Positions 19,241 to 29,302 of a stretch of 64,000 nt of DNA are shown here, one piece after another; position 1 is the first letter of the stretch, and each line of letters opens with the position of its first letter. Below the pieces are notes generated by a model. The model had not been told where the DNA came from. It ran no database searches and worked only from the letters and a program-made list of their open reading frames with translations. The position numbers and the translations under genes were made by a program. Location of the stretch: assembly GCA_965248265.1 (NCBI GenBank), contig CBDFJF010000002.1, positions 512,001 to 576,000 on the forward strand, given 5' to 3'. Origin of the DNA: Candidatus Latescibacterota bacterium (GTDB taxonomy: Bacteria; Latescibacterota; UBA2968; UBA8231).

Positions 19241-20430
19241 GGTTTGTCAATTGCGTACGTTACGAACGCGTCCACCGTGCCGTAAACATCCCTTTTATTA
19301 TCGACTTGAAGCGAATATCGCTTGTGATGCCATATCAAATGATTGCCGATTTCCGCCTCAGAAACCGAAAAGGAAAGTTTGTATTTTCCATCTCGGAGGG
19401 GAAGCGGTCCGGTGGTCATTTTCAGGCGAACCATCCCTTCCAGCACATCCCAGTGACAACCTTCCAGATTGGAATAATGCGAGAAGACCAAAGAATCGTC
19501 ACTATTGGAATGCAGGTGCAAGAGAAAAATTGGTCGCTCGACCGGGTCGACAAATCGCAAGGTCGCGTCGATCGTGAGTTTTTCGCCTGATTGCAGATTC
19601 TCAGCAAATTCGAAGTCAACAACGTCGACTCGTGCGTCGTATAGAAGTACTTCGCCAGGACGGTCGGTTTTGGTCAGGGCCTGTTGTTCGTAATTATTGG
19701 CGACTTCCGCAGAAATGCCATACTCCTGCATGATTCCCTTCTCGAGCCATAGAGCTTCTGCACAAACAAATTTGACGTTGTGCATCGCATGTGTCACCAG
19801 CACGATGGCTCCTCCTTGCTGGCGGAATTGAACGATTCTTCTCATGCATTTGATGGCGAAGGCCAAATCGCCGACGGCCAGGACTTCGTCAACCAACAAG
19901 ATGTCCACTGGCGCATGGATGGCGATGCCAAAACCGAGGCGGACGTACATGCCGCTGGAGTAGTACTTTACCGGTGAGTCGATGAAGTCACCTATCTCGG
20001 CGAATTCGATAATCTCCGCCGTCTTCGCGGTGATTTCTGCGGGAGTCATGCCCAACATCAGGCCGTTTATGGTAATGTTCTCCCGACCCGTAAGCAATGG
20101 ATGAAACCCGGCACCGATTTCGGTGAGCGCTCCCACGCGACCGCTAATCTCGATCTGACCTTGATCGGGCATCAACACTCCGTTGAGCAGATTCAACATC
20201 GTGGTTTTTCCGGAACCGTTGGTGCCGATGATAGCCAAGCTCTGTCCCTGTTTTACCTCAAAAGAGATGTCTTGGAGTGCCCAGAATTCGTCTTTGCGCA
20301 GGCGGGAAGAGGGCGATTTCAGACCGAGAAAGTCCCGGGTCATATCCACACTCGTATGGAGCATGCCTCGCCTCAGAGAGCGGCAGAATTTCTTGTACAC
20401 GTGCTCAACTCGGATCATAGGGTCGTCCAC
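19237..20430 (-). CDS. wzt: Polysaccharide ABC exporter ATP-binding protein with C-terminal Wzt_C domain
   Basis: FWALQDISF, Walker A GTNGSGKT, LTGREN, YSSGM signature, VDEVLAVGD; C-terminal beta-rich extension. Confidence 0.92.
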   Translation of the reverse strand: MDDPMIRVEHVYKKFCRSLRRGMLHTSVDMTRDFLGLKSPSSRLRKDEFWALQDISFEVKQGQSLAIIGTNGSGKTTMLNLLNGVLMPDQGQIEISGRVGALTEIGAGFHPLLTGRENITINGLMLGMTPAEITAKTAEIIEFAEIGDFIDSPVKYYSSGMYVRLGFGIAIHAPVDILLVDEVLAVGDLAFAIKCMRRIVQFRQQGGAIVLVTHAMHNVKFVCAEALWLEKGIMQEYGISAEVANNYEQQALTKTDRPGEVLLYDARVDVVDFEFAENLQSGEKLTIDATLRFVDPVERPIFLLHLHSNSDDSLVFSHYSNLEGCHWDVLEGMVRLKMTTGPLPLRDGKYKLSFSVSEAEIGNHLIWHHKRYSLQVDNKRDVYGTVDAFVTYAIDKP

Positions 20431-20445
20431 GGGGCACGTACCTTG

Positions 20446-21303
20446 TTAAATTCTTTCAAGGAGCCTTCGTTGGGTTACCCTAAAAAAACGAAATCCGAGA
20501 GCGAGTAAGGCGATTGCCAAAAGCGATGAGATCCAATAGCCCTCCGATATCGAGCCGATTCCCAGTAGAACGTTTCTTGAACTCTCTACGAAGTGCCCGA
20601 TGGGATTGATAAGGCTCGCTTTGCCAAGGAGGGTTTCCGGCGAAAGCGGGTAGAGAATCGGGCTGAGCAGCATAAGGGCAGGTAGTACAATCGGTAACAA
20701 ATACGTGACGTCCTGAAGCACGGCGCCCACCACTGAGAGGCAGAACCCGAGGGCTAAGGCAAAAATGTAGAGCGGAATCAACAATAATATCCCGGTTATT
20801 ATTCCGCCCAGTTCGACTTGCATGTCCCCTCGGGAAACATAATAGGCGGTTACGGCCACGATCACCGGCAAGCGGATAACGAATTCCAAAAGGCCCATCC
20901 AAGAAGCGGCGAGTACGAGGGACGTTTTGGGGAAGTTTACTTTGAGCATCGTTCTCCCTGCAGTCTTCAGGCATTCGGAAGCAATGCTCATACCGGTCGC
21001 GAAGATTCCCCACATTGATATGCCCACAATCGCAAACACCGGGTAGGGAATCCGCCTTTCGCTGAACGTGATGATTCCTGATTTGTTGAGCAGAACCAGG
21101 ATCCCCACCAAAAACAAGGGGGTCATGAGAGCCCAAAGGATCCCCAGGACCGATTGGCGGTATTTCGCAGAAGCATCCCGAATGAACAATCGCCAGGCGA
21201 GAATGAAAGAAGTATTCAACTTGGCCGATGTTGCACGCCATCGGACGTGAAGCCCCGGCTTTCCGCCCAAGCGGTTGCCCTCAGAGGAATAGACGATCTT
21301 CAT
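20446..21303 (-). CDS. wzm: Polysaccharide ABC exporter permease
   Basis: KYRQSVLGILWA, KVNFP, SPILYP, INPI; multiple TM segments; adjacent to wzt. Confidence 0.9.
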   Translation of the reverse strand: MKIVYSSEGNRLGGKPGLHVRWRATSAKLNTSFILAWRLFIRDASAKYRQSVLGILWALMTPLFLVGILVLLNKSGIITFSERRIPYPVFAIVGISMWGIFATGMSIASECLKTAGRTMLKVNFPKTSLVLAASWMGLLEFVIRLPVIVAVTAYYVSRGDMQVELGGIITGILLLIPLYIFALALGFCLSVVGAVLQDVTYLLPIVLPALMLLSPILYPLSPETLLGKASLINPIGHFVESSRNVLLGIGSISEGYWISSLLAIALLALGFRFFRVTQRRLLERI

Positions 21304-23033
21304 TACTTTTCTGCCTCAACGTTCTCCCCAAGGGGCTGTGCGACAAGCCATATCAACCGAGCCAATCGGTGAGGCGCCGGCAAACCGCCCCCCGTCAACG
21401 CAGGGAAGATGTGGTAGCGGTCGAGCGGACGGGGAAGGGCATCTCCCCAGTCCCAACTCTCCCAGGCCAGCGTATGAACCCTGCGCTGCGTCAGCACCTC
21501 GGTGAGCTCTTCAAAGCTGATTGAGCAGCCTTCCCAAACATCGAGCCGGTCCACCAGCACCTTCCGAATCGTGAGCGTACCGCGTTTGGGATTCCAGAGC
21601 AGGCTCGTTGTAGCATTCCCGCTCTGCTCGCAGTGCGCGAGTCCGACCAGCAAGATCGCCAGTTCCCGGGCAGACTCCAACGGCGTTCTCAGGTGTTCCA
21701 GCCGAAATCTGAAAGCGAAATACAACCATCGGTACTTCACCGGCCGAGCCAAGCGCAGCAAGGACCGCAATTCCCAAAGTAACCGTCGCGTGATCTGCCG
21801 TGCCGCTGGAGGCATCAGGCGCTGGTACATCCACCGAATGGCCGGAACCCTGGCAGTCGGACTCGCCCACTGCGACGGAGGAGTTCGAACGGCCGAACCC
21901 TTGTCAGCAATGACTTCCGAACCCTTGTCAGCGACGGCTTCGTTCATCCGGTCGAGCCAGCGGTCCACCTCCTTCGCCATAGCTCGAAACGAGTTCTGTG
22001 GGGCCAGTGCCACTTCCCGATAAGCCCTGTCGATAATCTCCTGTGCCCGCTCCGGATTCCGCAGCACGGCCACCACTTCTTCAATATTACTGTAATCCTC
22101 ATTCAGCGGAACATAGTGTCGCCACGCCGACAGTCGGCCCGAATAGTACCCAGGGTACAGGATCATCAATGTCCGAAGAGCGGCTGCTTCAAAGCATCTC
22201 GGCGAAATCACTGGCATCGTAATCGCCCCGTCCACACCCACCAAAAACCGCTCTGCCACATCTTCGAAGCTTGCATCCGGGTGCTTCATTTCAAAATATG
22301 TACAATTCCGTTCTATCTCCCCGGTGAAGTCACAAACACTGGCTCCACTCTCCGTCCCTAGTACTGCACGACAGTTGCTCAAGAACCGTATCCAATCCTG
22401 CCCATAGATTCGATCCTCCTCCTTCATCGAAATGTCAACTCTTAGCCCAAAGTCCAGCGAATGACGCTTGAATTCCTCCCCAATCTGCCACTTCGTCCGC
22501 GCCAGTCGCCCATACCACCCGGGCAATTTTCGCGCCCGATATCCAACATCGACAACGCGATCTGCCCAATCGGGCACCGGAACATCTGTGAGTTGTTCCG
22601 GAACATAGCCAGTCAACACCGTGATCTTTTGAGTAGCTGGCAGCAGGTTCACCGGATACACACGATCGACGTTGTCCTCCGCGACCAAAGTGAAGAGGAC
22701 CTCCACCCCCAAGAAATGTAAGACATCGATCGTGCGAAAAATGAAACGATACTCGTCCTGAACAAACGCTGCCTTCGATCCTCGAAATGACCGAATTCTT
22801 GTCCGCAGACTGGGCGCTAGTGACGCGTCATGAGATGCGAGAATCGAATAATGTATGATTAGACAATCGTAGTCCGATAAAATGAGACCATGGATATCAT
22901 CACGATTGACAGCCACAAGCTTAACATCGTGGCTTGAGTACATCTGAATCGCATGGAGGTGGTCCAGAATCGTGTCCGCATTGTTCTCATAATACTGATA
23001 TAATAGAACGACCTTGCGCAGGCTAGAATTCAT
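21303..23033 (-). CDS. Putative glycosyltransferase-like protein (CgeB/Glyco_trans_1_2-like central domain)
   Basis: FVQDEY, DVGYR, LGTESG, ISPRCFEAAALRT, HYVPL motifs; context in a glycan export cluster. Confidence 0.55.
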   Translation of the reverse strand: MNSSLRKVVLLYQYYENNADTILDHLHAIQMYSSHDVKLVAVNRDDIHGLILSDYDCLIIHYSILASHDASLAPSLRTRIRSFRGSKAAFVQDEYRFIFRTIDVLHFLGVEVLFTLVAEDNVDRVYPVNLLPATQKITVLTGYVPEQLTDVPVPDWADRVVDVGYRARKLPGWYGRLARTKWQIGEEFKRHSLDFGLRVDISMKEEDRIYGQDWIRFLSNCRAVLGTESGASVCDFTGEIERNCTYFEMKHPDASFEDVAERFLVGVDGAITMPVISPRCFEAAALRTLMILYPGYYSGRLSAWRHYVPLNEDYSNIEEVVAVLRNPERAQEIIDRAYREVALAPQNSFRAMAKEVDRWLDRMNEAVADKGSEVIADKGSAVRTPPSQWASPTARVPAIRWMYQRLMPPAARQITRRLLWELRSLLRLARPVKYRWLYFAFRFRLEHLRTPLESARELAILLVGLAHCEQSGNATTSLLWNPKRGTLTIRKVLVDRLDVWEGCSISFEELTEVLTQRRVHTLAWESWDWGDALPRPLDRYHIFPALTGGGLPAPHRLARLIWLVAQPLGENVEAEK

Positions 23034-23157
23034 GCTTTGCTAACTCGTGGTATGGACGCGCCAATATCAAAGAATCCATTCCTGGACAGCCGGGCTCTGC
23101 AACTGTCGACTGACCTACGATAAGGTTCACGATAGGACCAGAGTCAGAGGACAAGGC

Positions 23158-23922
23158 TCAGCGCTTTCGAAGTACCTTTCCGTGTAGTCGTGCATAAATG
23201 CGAAACGCATCCATGTTCAACTCGCTCGCAATTGGCATAATCTTCTTATGAAAATCACTAGGTCCGACGGCCTTGTCAGCGCCTTCCAAACACGGATACA
23301 CGACTCTGGTCAAGAAATCATAGCATCCACTATGAAAAGATTCCTCCACCACAAACAAATCCTCAATGACCGGTTGTAAGTCATGGAAATACGAATAGAA
23401 GTTGATATTCGCGGGTCTCATCGTTTCTAAACCTGCCCGTTCTCGCGCAACGTTCAACTCCTCAAATCCGTCTCGAAAACCTTCCACTATGATCAATCTA
23501 CCCTCTGGCACTAGCCAGGAGTGCATGTTGTGGAGAGCGACCTTTTGCTCCTCAAGGTCGACCAGATTAATTAGTACTCGAACACAAATAGCGGCATCAT
23601 ATCTCTTTGATACCGATTCCGGGTCGAGTACACTTGCTTGAAAAAAGCGATTGTTGGTCTCCCCGTATAGCTCTGTCGCTTGAGAAATCATGGGAGCAGA
23701 ATAATCAAATGCATCGACCTGCTGCACTCGTTCACGCAGTATGTCAGTTAAGTATCCGTTGCCGCAACCTACTTCCAGGGCCGTCAACTGGGGATGAAGG
23801 TGGCCAAGGATAAAATCCGTCTCCAGCTGCCGCTGATATACATCATCGATGTTGACCTTTTCATGATCGGTCACCGACTTCGGTCGGCTATCCCAATGGA
23901 TATCCGTGGCTGTTTTTCTCAT
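23158..23922 (-). CDS. Class I SAM-dependent methyltransferase
   Basis: ALEVGCGNG, AFDYS, YDAAICVRVLINL. Confidence 0.88.
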   Translation of the reverse strand: MRKTATDIHWDSRPKSVTDHEKVNIDDVYQRQLETDFILGHLHPQLTALEVGCGNGYLTDILRERVQQVDAFDYSAPMISQATELYGETNNRFFQASVLDPESVSKRYDAAICVRVLINLVDLEEQKVALHNMHSWLVPEGRLIIVEGFRDGFEELNVARERAGLETMRPANINFYSYFHDLQPVIEDLFVVEESFHSGCYDFLTRVVYPCLEGADKAVGPSDFHKKIMPIASELNMDAFRIYARLHGKVLRKR

Positions 23923-24587
23923 CGAGGCTGCCTCCGTTCGATGATCGTGTCGATTTCGGACAAAAGAGCGGGTAAAATATGCTTTGCGTAGTGCGCGTTG
24001 CCTTCGCGACTGAGGTGCAACAAGTCGGGGTCCGGCAGTAAGTACTCTCGGAGAGTCTCCCTGGTGAGGGGAGCAAACACCGATTCGATATCACATAACG
24101 TCACTGCTTCTTCCTGTGCGATACTTCTGACAATGTCGTTGTATGTTCGGTTTCTCGCTTCGAATGTTTGGCCGAACAAATCATCTTCGTCTCGCAATGT
24201 GCAATGATTCGTTGACAACACGATGCTTTCGGCTCGGAAATGGCGGGCGCGATGGATCATTTCTCGTAGGTTTTCGGCAAACGCGCCCTTCGATACGCGC
24301 GGGTACCCACGATCTGTTTCCCAACAATTGCAATCGTTCAGCCCGAACTGAATCGTGACCAATGTCGGTTGCGCATCTTGGACATCAGCTGGGAATCTCA
24401 ATAGTCCTTGGCGGCTCGTTTCCCCGGACACACTCCGGTTGCGGAAGGAGAAGGAGATTCCATTGCTTTCGTATCGCTCTACTACAGCGGCCTCTACGAG
24501 ACTGGACCACCTATGGGTGGGGTCGATATACTGTCCGTGGGTGATAGAATCACCCATAAAGACAACGGCTATGTTGGACTCGGACAT
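23919..24587 (-). CDS. SGNH/GDSL hydrolase (possible O-acetyl esterase/transferase)
   Basis: GDSIT, SGETS, QFGLND, DLLH blocks. Confidence 0.9.
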   Translation of the reverse strand: MSESNIAVVFMGDSITHGQYIDPTHRWSSLVEAAVVERYESNGISFSFRNRSVSGETSRQGLLRFPADVQDAQPTLVTIQFGLNDCNCWETDRGYPRVSKGAFAENLREMIHRARHFRAESIVLSTNHCTLRDEDDLFGQTFEARNRTYNDIVRSIAQEEAVTLCDIESVFAPLTRETLREYLLPDPDLLHLSREGNAHYAKHILPALLSEIDTIIERRQPR

Positions 24588-24770
24588 AGTGATGGAGTTA
24601 GAAGAATCGGCGTGTGATTGCGATGGAAGGGTAAATATGCGCTAGCGCTTAATATTGTAAAGAGAACCGTAGGAATTGAAGCGGACCGCCCCTTGTCATA
24701 TCGAAGCACAGGAACTCCGGACGAGTCCGTGACATGCCCCAGCTCGCGCTGTCTTGATTTAGACTGAGAT

Positions 24771-24813
24771 GATAAGCAGCCACTACGATAGGATGAAGCA
24801 GCCACTACGATAG
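24771..24813. repeat. Tandem duplication of a 21-22-bp unit (GAT(G)AAGCAGCCACTACGATAG x2) at the island border
   Basis: Directly visible in the sequence. Confidence 0.85.
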
Positions 24814-24814
24814 T

Positions 24815-24950
24815 TTATGTCGGTTGGGCCGTGGAGTCGAGAGAGGCGTGCGAGGCCGAGACGAACATCATCGAGAGGATGAGGACGAGCTCCTCGCGAC
24901 GCAGCGCCAGATTCCTCGATGCCAGCCCGACGAGGATGTCGCCGACACCA
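24815..24950 (-). pseudogene. Short membrane-protein gene remnant (resembles DUF6785-type 'LxxxELxxxxxMM' segment)
   Basis: High-GC, coding-like stretch ILVGLASRNLALRREELVLILSMMFVSASH with no start; family resemblance is from memory only. Confidence 0.3.
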
Positions 24951-24972
24951 GTAGAAAGTGAGGTTGGTACGA

Positions 24973-26319
24973 CTACCCGGGTCCAGCCAGCAGAATGCCG
25001 CCTCCGAATGTGACGAAAGTAACGATGAATATGACGAATGTGTATCCCATGATCCGCCGCATCGGCAGGCCGGCGATGGCGAGCAGAGGGATCGTCCAGA
25101 ACGGTTGGATCATGTTCGTCCACTGATCGCCGTAGGCCACGGCCATGACGATCCGGGATGGGTCGGTGCCCAGCATGCGGGCCGCTTCGATGAAGATGGG
25201 GCCCTGAACAGCCCATTGGCCGCCGCCCGAGGGAATGAAAAAATTGATGAGGCCGGCGGACAGAAAGGCCCAGAAACCCAGCGTCTGCGCGCTGGCGATG
25301 GCGGTGAACCAGCCGGCAATGACCTCGACCAGTCCCGTGGTGATCATCAACCCCATTATACCGGCGTAAAGCGGGTACTGCAGAATGATCTGGCCCACCG
25401 TCGTGCTCGCGCCAGCGACGAGCCTGACGTAGTGGACGGGCGAGCGCGCCAACAGCATCCCCAGACACAGGAAAGACCAGTTGACGATGTTCAGCGTCAG
25501 ATCGAGGCCCTTCGACGAGAACCAATACACTAGATAGCAGGCCAGTGCGATGCCGAGCGCCGCACTGAGGATACGGGCGTTGTCGATGCGCTCGGCCATC
25601 GTGGTTTCGGCTGATGTCGCGCTCGAGGGCTCTTCTGGATCGAATTCACGGGTGTCCGCATCGAGGGGGATGACCTCTTCATCCGCTGGCCTCATGAGAG
25701 CGCAGGCCATCGGCACCAGCACAAGGGTGACCAGTGCCGTGGCGATGTTCCACCCCGCGAAAATCGTCTCGCTGACTGGAATGACTCCCCCGACCTGTTC
25801 CTCCAGGGCGTGACCGGGCGTGGCGACGAAGAGTGCTGCCGAGCTGGAGTATCCCATGTGCCAGACGACGAATCCGGCGTAGGCGGACGCGACCAGCAGC
25901 GGATAGTGCAGTCGAAGGCCGCGAGCGGCAGATCGAATGGCTACCTGGCGGGCGATGATGGCCCCCGCGACAAGGCCGAGAGACCAGGCAAAAAGAGAGG
26001 CCACGCCGGCGACGAGTGCGACGAGGGCGTATGCCGTAGATGCTCGGCGGGGTAGGGCTCCAAGCCAGGCAAGTGCAGCGCGAATCGTGTCGGTGTGAGC
26101 CAGTGCGTGCGCGGTGACGAGAGTCAGCGCGATCTGTGCCATGAAGGTAAGGAGCCCCTTGAGTCCCTCACCCCATGCGACGAGAACTTCCGCCGGTCCA
26201 GCTTCAGTCAGCCCCAGCGCCATCAGCCCGGCGACGAACGTCAGGACGATGGCGAAGACGAACGGGTCGGGGTAGAAGCGTTCGACGAGGACGATGAAGG
26301 GCTTTGCGAGGGTGCGCAT
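24973..26319 (-). CDS. atoE: Short-chain fatty acid transporter (AtoE/TIGR00366 family)
   Basis: PDPFVFAIVLT, HYPLLVASAY, WHMGYSSS, FIPSGGGQWAVQGP, AYGDQWTNMIQPFW. Confidence 0.9.
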   Translation of the reverse strand: MRTLAKPFIVLVERFYPDPFVFAIVLTFVAGLMALGLTEAGPAEVLVAWGEGLKGLLTFMAQIALTLVTAHALAHTDTIRAALAWLGALPRRASTAYALVALVAGVASLFAWSLGLVAGAIIARQVAIRSAARGLRLHYPLLVASAYAGFVVWHMGYSSSAALFVATPGHALEEQVGGVIPVSETIFAGWNIATALVTLVLVPMACALMRPADEEVIPLDADTREFDPEEPSSATSAETTMAERIDNARILSAALGIALACYLVYWFSSKGLDLTLNIVNWSFLCLGMLLARSPVHYVRLVAGASTTVGQIILQYPLYAGIMGLMITTGLVEVIAGWFTAIASAQTLGFWAFLSAGLINFFIPSGGGQWAVQGPIFIEAARMLGTDPSRIVMAVAYGDQWTNMIQPFWTIPLLAIAGLPMRRIMGYTFVIFIVTFVTFGGGILLAGPG

Positions 26320-26418
26320 GACAGTCTTTGATTGTCGGCTCTCGTGCCACGTGGGCTACACCCACGTGCTAGTCAGCGTTGCTGCGTCACGGACCGAGTG
26401 TCGTTTGCTCCTCGAGCC

Positions 26419-27342
26419 TCAACCCCAGCTTTCCCGCTTGATCTGCGTCTTGTCCAGGCCGATTTCCTGCAGCATTGGGAGCATCGTCTCTACGAACTTC
26501 GGCGCCGGAGTCTCGCCCCTTTCCCCGGCCGCTTTGCGCTCGTGAGAGGAAATACCGGGTCCGCAGCAGAAGACGAAACGGTTGCTCGTGTCCTTGATCA
26601 AAGTCGACAGCAGATCGGGATCGATGCGCCCCCGACGGCTGCAAGGCAGACCGGCTGGATCCTCGCGCGTGATGCAGTTGACGATTTCGAACCTGTCGGG
26701 GTATCGCTGTCGCAGTTGCTCGAGGTCACGCGCGAATATGATGTCGGAAACGGTCTTGTTGCTGTAGACCAGGGTATGGCGCAGGCCGTCGTTGCAGTGG
26801 AGACTGTGCTTGATGAGGCCGAAATTGGGCACGATGCCGCTGCCAGCGCAGACATGGAGGATGGCGTCCGCGCGCTCGGCGATGTCGTCGGGGTAGGTGT
26901 AGGCTCCGGTAAAACCACTGATCTTCATGCGGCTGCCCGCCGGTATTTGGTAGGTGAGCAGCGGCGAGACCAGTGGCGGGTAGACGGTTTCGCCGGATAT
27001 GTATGGCTCTTCCTTGATGGTGATGGCCGCGTGCTCTTCATGCGGAGCCGAAGCCAGCGAGTAAGCCCGCGGCTTCTCGCGCTGACCCTTGGCGTCCTCG
27101 AGATAGCCGATTACCTGCTTGAGTGCGGGGAATTGCCGGGGGTCAATCGTCAGGAACTGACCGGCCGCGTACTCGAAGCGCTCGTCGGCAGCCAGAAACA
27201 GGGTGGCGGTGTCGGCGGTTTCCATGCGCACGCGCACAACGGTAACCTGCAATGCCTTCACGCGTCGTCTGGGCGCTGGCGGAGGCAATTCCGTCGGGCT
27301 GGGTGGTGCTGCTGCATCGAGACCTGCTTGATCTGGCGACAT
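26419..27342 (-). CDS. Ferredoxin-NADP+ reductase-like FAD/NAD(P)-binding oxidoreductase
   Basis: GQFLT, RAYSLAS, CAGSGIVP, FCCGP; no 2Fe-2S domain. Confidence 0.88.
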   Translation of the reverse strand: MSPDQAGLDAAAPPSPTELPPPAPRRRVKALQVTVVRVRMETADTATLFLAADERFEYAAGQFLTIDPRQFPALKQVIGYLEDAKGQREKPRAYSLASAPHEEHAAITIKEEPYISGETVYPPLVSPLLTYQIPAGSRMKISGFTGAYTYPDDIAERADAILHVCAGSGIVPNFGLIKHSLHCNDGLRHTLVYSNKTVSDIIFARDLEQLRQRYPDRFEIVNCITREDPAGLPCSRRGRIDPDLLSTLIKDTSNRFVFCCGPGISSHERKAAGERGETPAPKFVETMLPMLQEIGLDKTQIKRESWG

Positions 27343-27596
27343 ATCCGTAGCTTTTCGTGATCGAGCAGCGTTGGTAGTACGCAGGATTAGGCAAGAATAT
27401 CCTATACCGTGACGCGGAGCAACGCTATCAACAAGGGCTCCCGGGCTCAGTTGCGCAGAGCTACAGTCTCAGCGGGAGCCGTCTTTGGCCAATTGCATCA
27501 GTCTTGGCTCCTTCCTCCGAATCTCCGTACCCTATTGGTGTTGCTTGGCATTCGTACCTGGCGTTCGCTGCGCTGCTGTCTAATGGAGGAGAACTC

Positions 27597-28913
27597 ATGA
27601 GCAATGTCCCGATGACGCGATCTGACGAAGTTCTGGCCGTCCACAATACGAGATACTTTCACTCATCCACATTCGTTGAGCTGGAGGATGGCCGCGTCCT
27701 GCACGCGGCGAGTCGGACATTCACAACATCCGACGACGGCGGCCTGACCTGGTCCGCGGAATCACAGAGACGTGACATCGACGGCAACGAGGTCGGCGGT
27801 GGCGGCACGTCGTTGGTGAAGCTGTCCGGCAACGGCATTGGTCTGGCCGGTATGGATCAGGGCAAAGACGACCCCAGGGCCAAATCGGGTGTCGTGTTCT
27901 GGCGCTCAGAGGATGCCGGCGAGACCTGGGAGCCGCCGGTAAGGGTCACGCCGCATGGCATTGCAACGCACATATACCAGGATGTCTTGCTGCGGACTTC
28001 GTCAGGACGCCTCATCATGCCCGTGTACCTGTCAATGGGCCAGGGGATGGGACCGGGTGATGTGAAGCCACCCGGCAACGGCAAGCTGGTCCACAACCAA
28101 TGGGTCTCGACGAGCGCCCACTTCTTCGACCCCCACTTCAGCGCCGTTCGCGTGTTCTACTCGGACGACGACGGCCGGTCATGGCAACCCAACAAGGACG
28201 GCGAGCTGATGATTTTGTTGGATTGGTCCACGACTTTCAGCTACGCCAACGAACCCACCGCGACCGAGGTGTCGCCGGGCACCCTCCTGCTCGTGGCCCG
28301 GACGGGTTTGGGGCGCCACTTCCTGGCCTGGTCCTATGACGACGGCGAGACCTGGACGAGGCTGCAACCTAGCCCCCTGGCAGCGAGCACGACCCCGGCC
28401 CAGATACGCCAGATCCCCTCGACCGGTCACCTGCTCATGGTGTGGAACCAGGAAAACGAACAGGAGATCAAACGGGGCTACAACCGGACTCGACTGTCAT
28501 CGGCAGTCAGTCGGAACGGTGGAAGCGTCTGGGAGTTCTTCCAGAACATCGAGTCGATGCACGAGGCCACCCGCGTGGAGCCCGGCCCCATCCGCCCCGT
28601 TCATCCCGAAGAGTATCACGTCGAGCCCGGCGTGCCGGCGCCCGAGCGCGATCCCGAGCACATCGACCTGTACGACTTCCACGGCCGCTGGTCCTACCCA
28701 TCGGTGTTCGTCATGAAGGACCGCGTCCTCGTCGCGTATACTTACTCCTTCTATGAAGAGCATCCCACGAAAGCCCAGCTCGTGAACAGCAGAGAGAAAA
28801 ACGGCGCGCCCAACCAGAAGCTCAAAGTGCTGCCGTTGACCTGGTTTTACGGCGGCAAGGAGCCGGCGGACAACCCCTTCCTGCCCCGGGCACAGGAGCC
28901 TGCCAGTCCGTAG
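27597..28913 (+). CDS. Sialidase-like BNR/Asp-box repeat protein (paralog of 2935-4236)
   Basis: SDDGGLTW, SEDAGETW, SDDDGRSW, SYDDGETW; shared C-terminal K-VLP-xWFYGG; RBS GGAGG. Confidence 0.85.
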   Translation: MSNVPMTRSDEVLAVHNTRYFHSSTFVELEDGRVLHAASRTFTTSDDGGLTWSAESQRRDIDGNEVGGGGTSLVKLSGNGIGLAGMDQGKDDPRAKSGVVFWRSEDAGETWEPPVRVTPHGIATHIYQDVLLRTSSGRLIMPVYLSMGQGMGPGDVKPPGNGKLVHNQWVSTSAHFFDPHFSAVRVFYSDDDGRSWQPNKDGELMILLDWSTTFSYANEPTATEVSPGTLLLVARTGLGRHFLAWSYDDGETWTRLQPSPLAASTTPAQIRQIPSTGHLLMVWNQENEQEIKRGYNRTRLSSAVSRNGGSVWEFFQNIESMHEATRVEPGPIRPVHPEEYHVEPGVPAPERDPEHIDLYDFHGRWSYPSVFVMKDRVLVAYTYSFYEEHPTKAQLVNSREKNGAPNQKLKVLPLTWFYGGKEPADNPFLPRAQEPASP

Positions 28914-28934
28914 CAGGATACGCAGTCCGTGAGG

Positions 28935-29182
28935 TCAACGAACGTCGAAGTCCAATTGTCCGAGGCCAAGCAGTGCTGCCATCTCCTCCTCGTCGAGGGG
29001 AGGGAAAACGCGAGTAGGTCCCACCGGTACACGATCTGCAGGTAGATCCCGGGCATGATGTTGTAGGTGGAGCCGAAGGCGGCGTCGGCTCCCATCACCA
29101 TCGCCGGCAGCGCCATCTCGTCGGGACCGGAAATAAGGTCGGCCTCGCGCCCAAGCCAGTACTGCACGATTCGCCTGCACAT
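28935..29182 (-). pseudogene. Remnant of a DHDPS/N-acetylneuraminate lyase family gene
   Basis: ISGPDEMALPAMVMGADAAFGSTYNIMP (NanA-type GSTYN motif), then a frameshifted C-terminus VGPTRVFPPLDEEE; N-terminal two-thirds missing. Confidence 0.7.
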
Positions 29183-29302
29183 CTACCAGGCTGAGATCTA
29201 CGCCTACGAGGTCCGCCCGGCGACCGAATATAATCACACTGTAGCCGCAAGCGAGGCCATATCATCATGCGAGAGATGCCGGACGAACGATCACGTGAAT
29301 CC

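Noticed and set aside
24771-24813. Mini CRISPR array
   Set aside because: Only two abutting copies, no spacer, no palindrome, no cas genes
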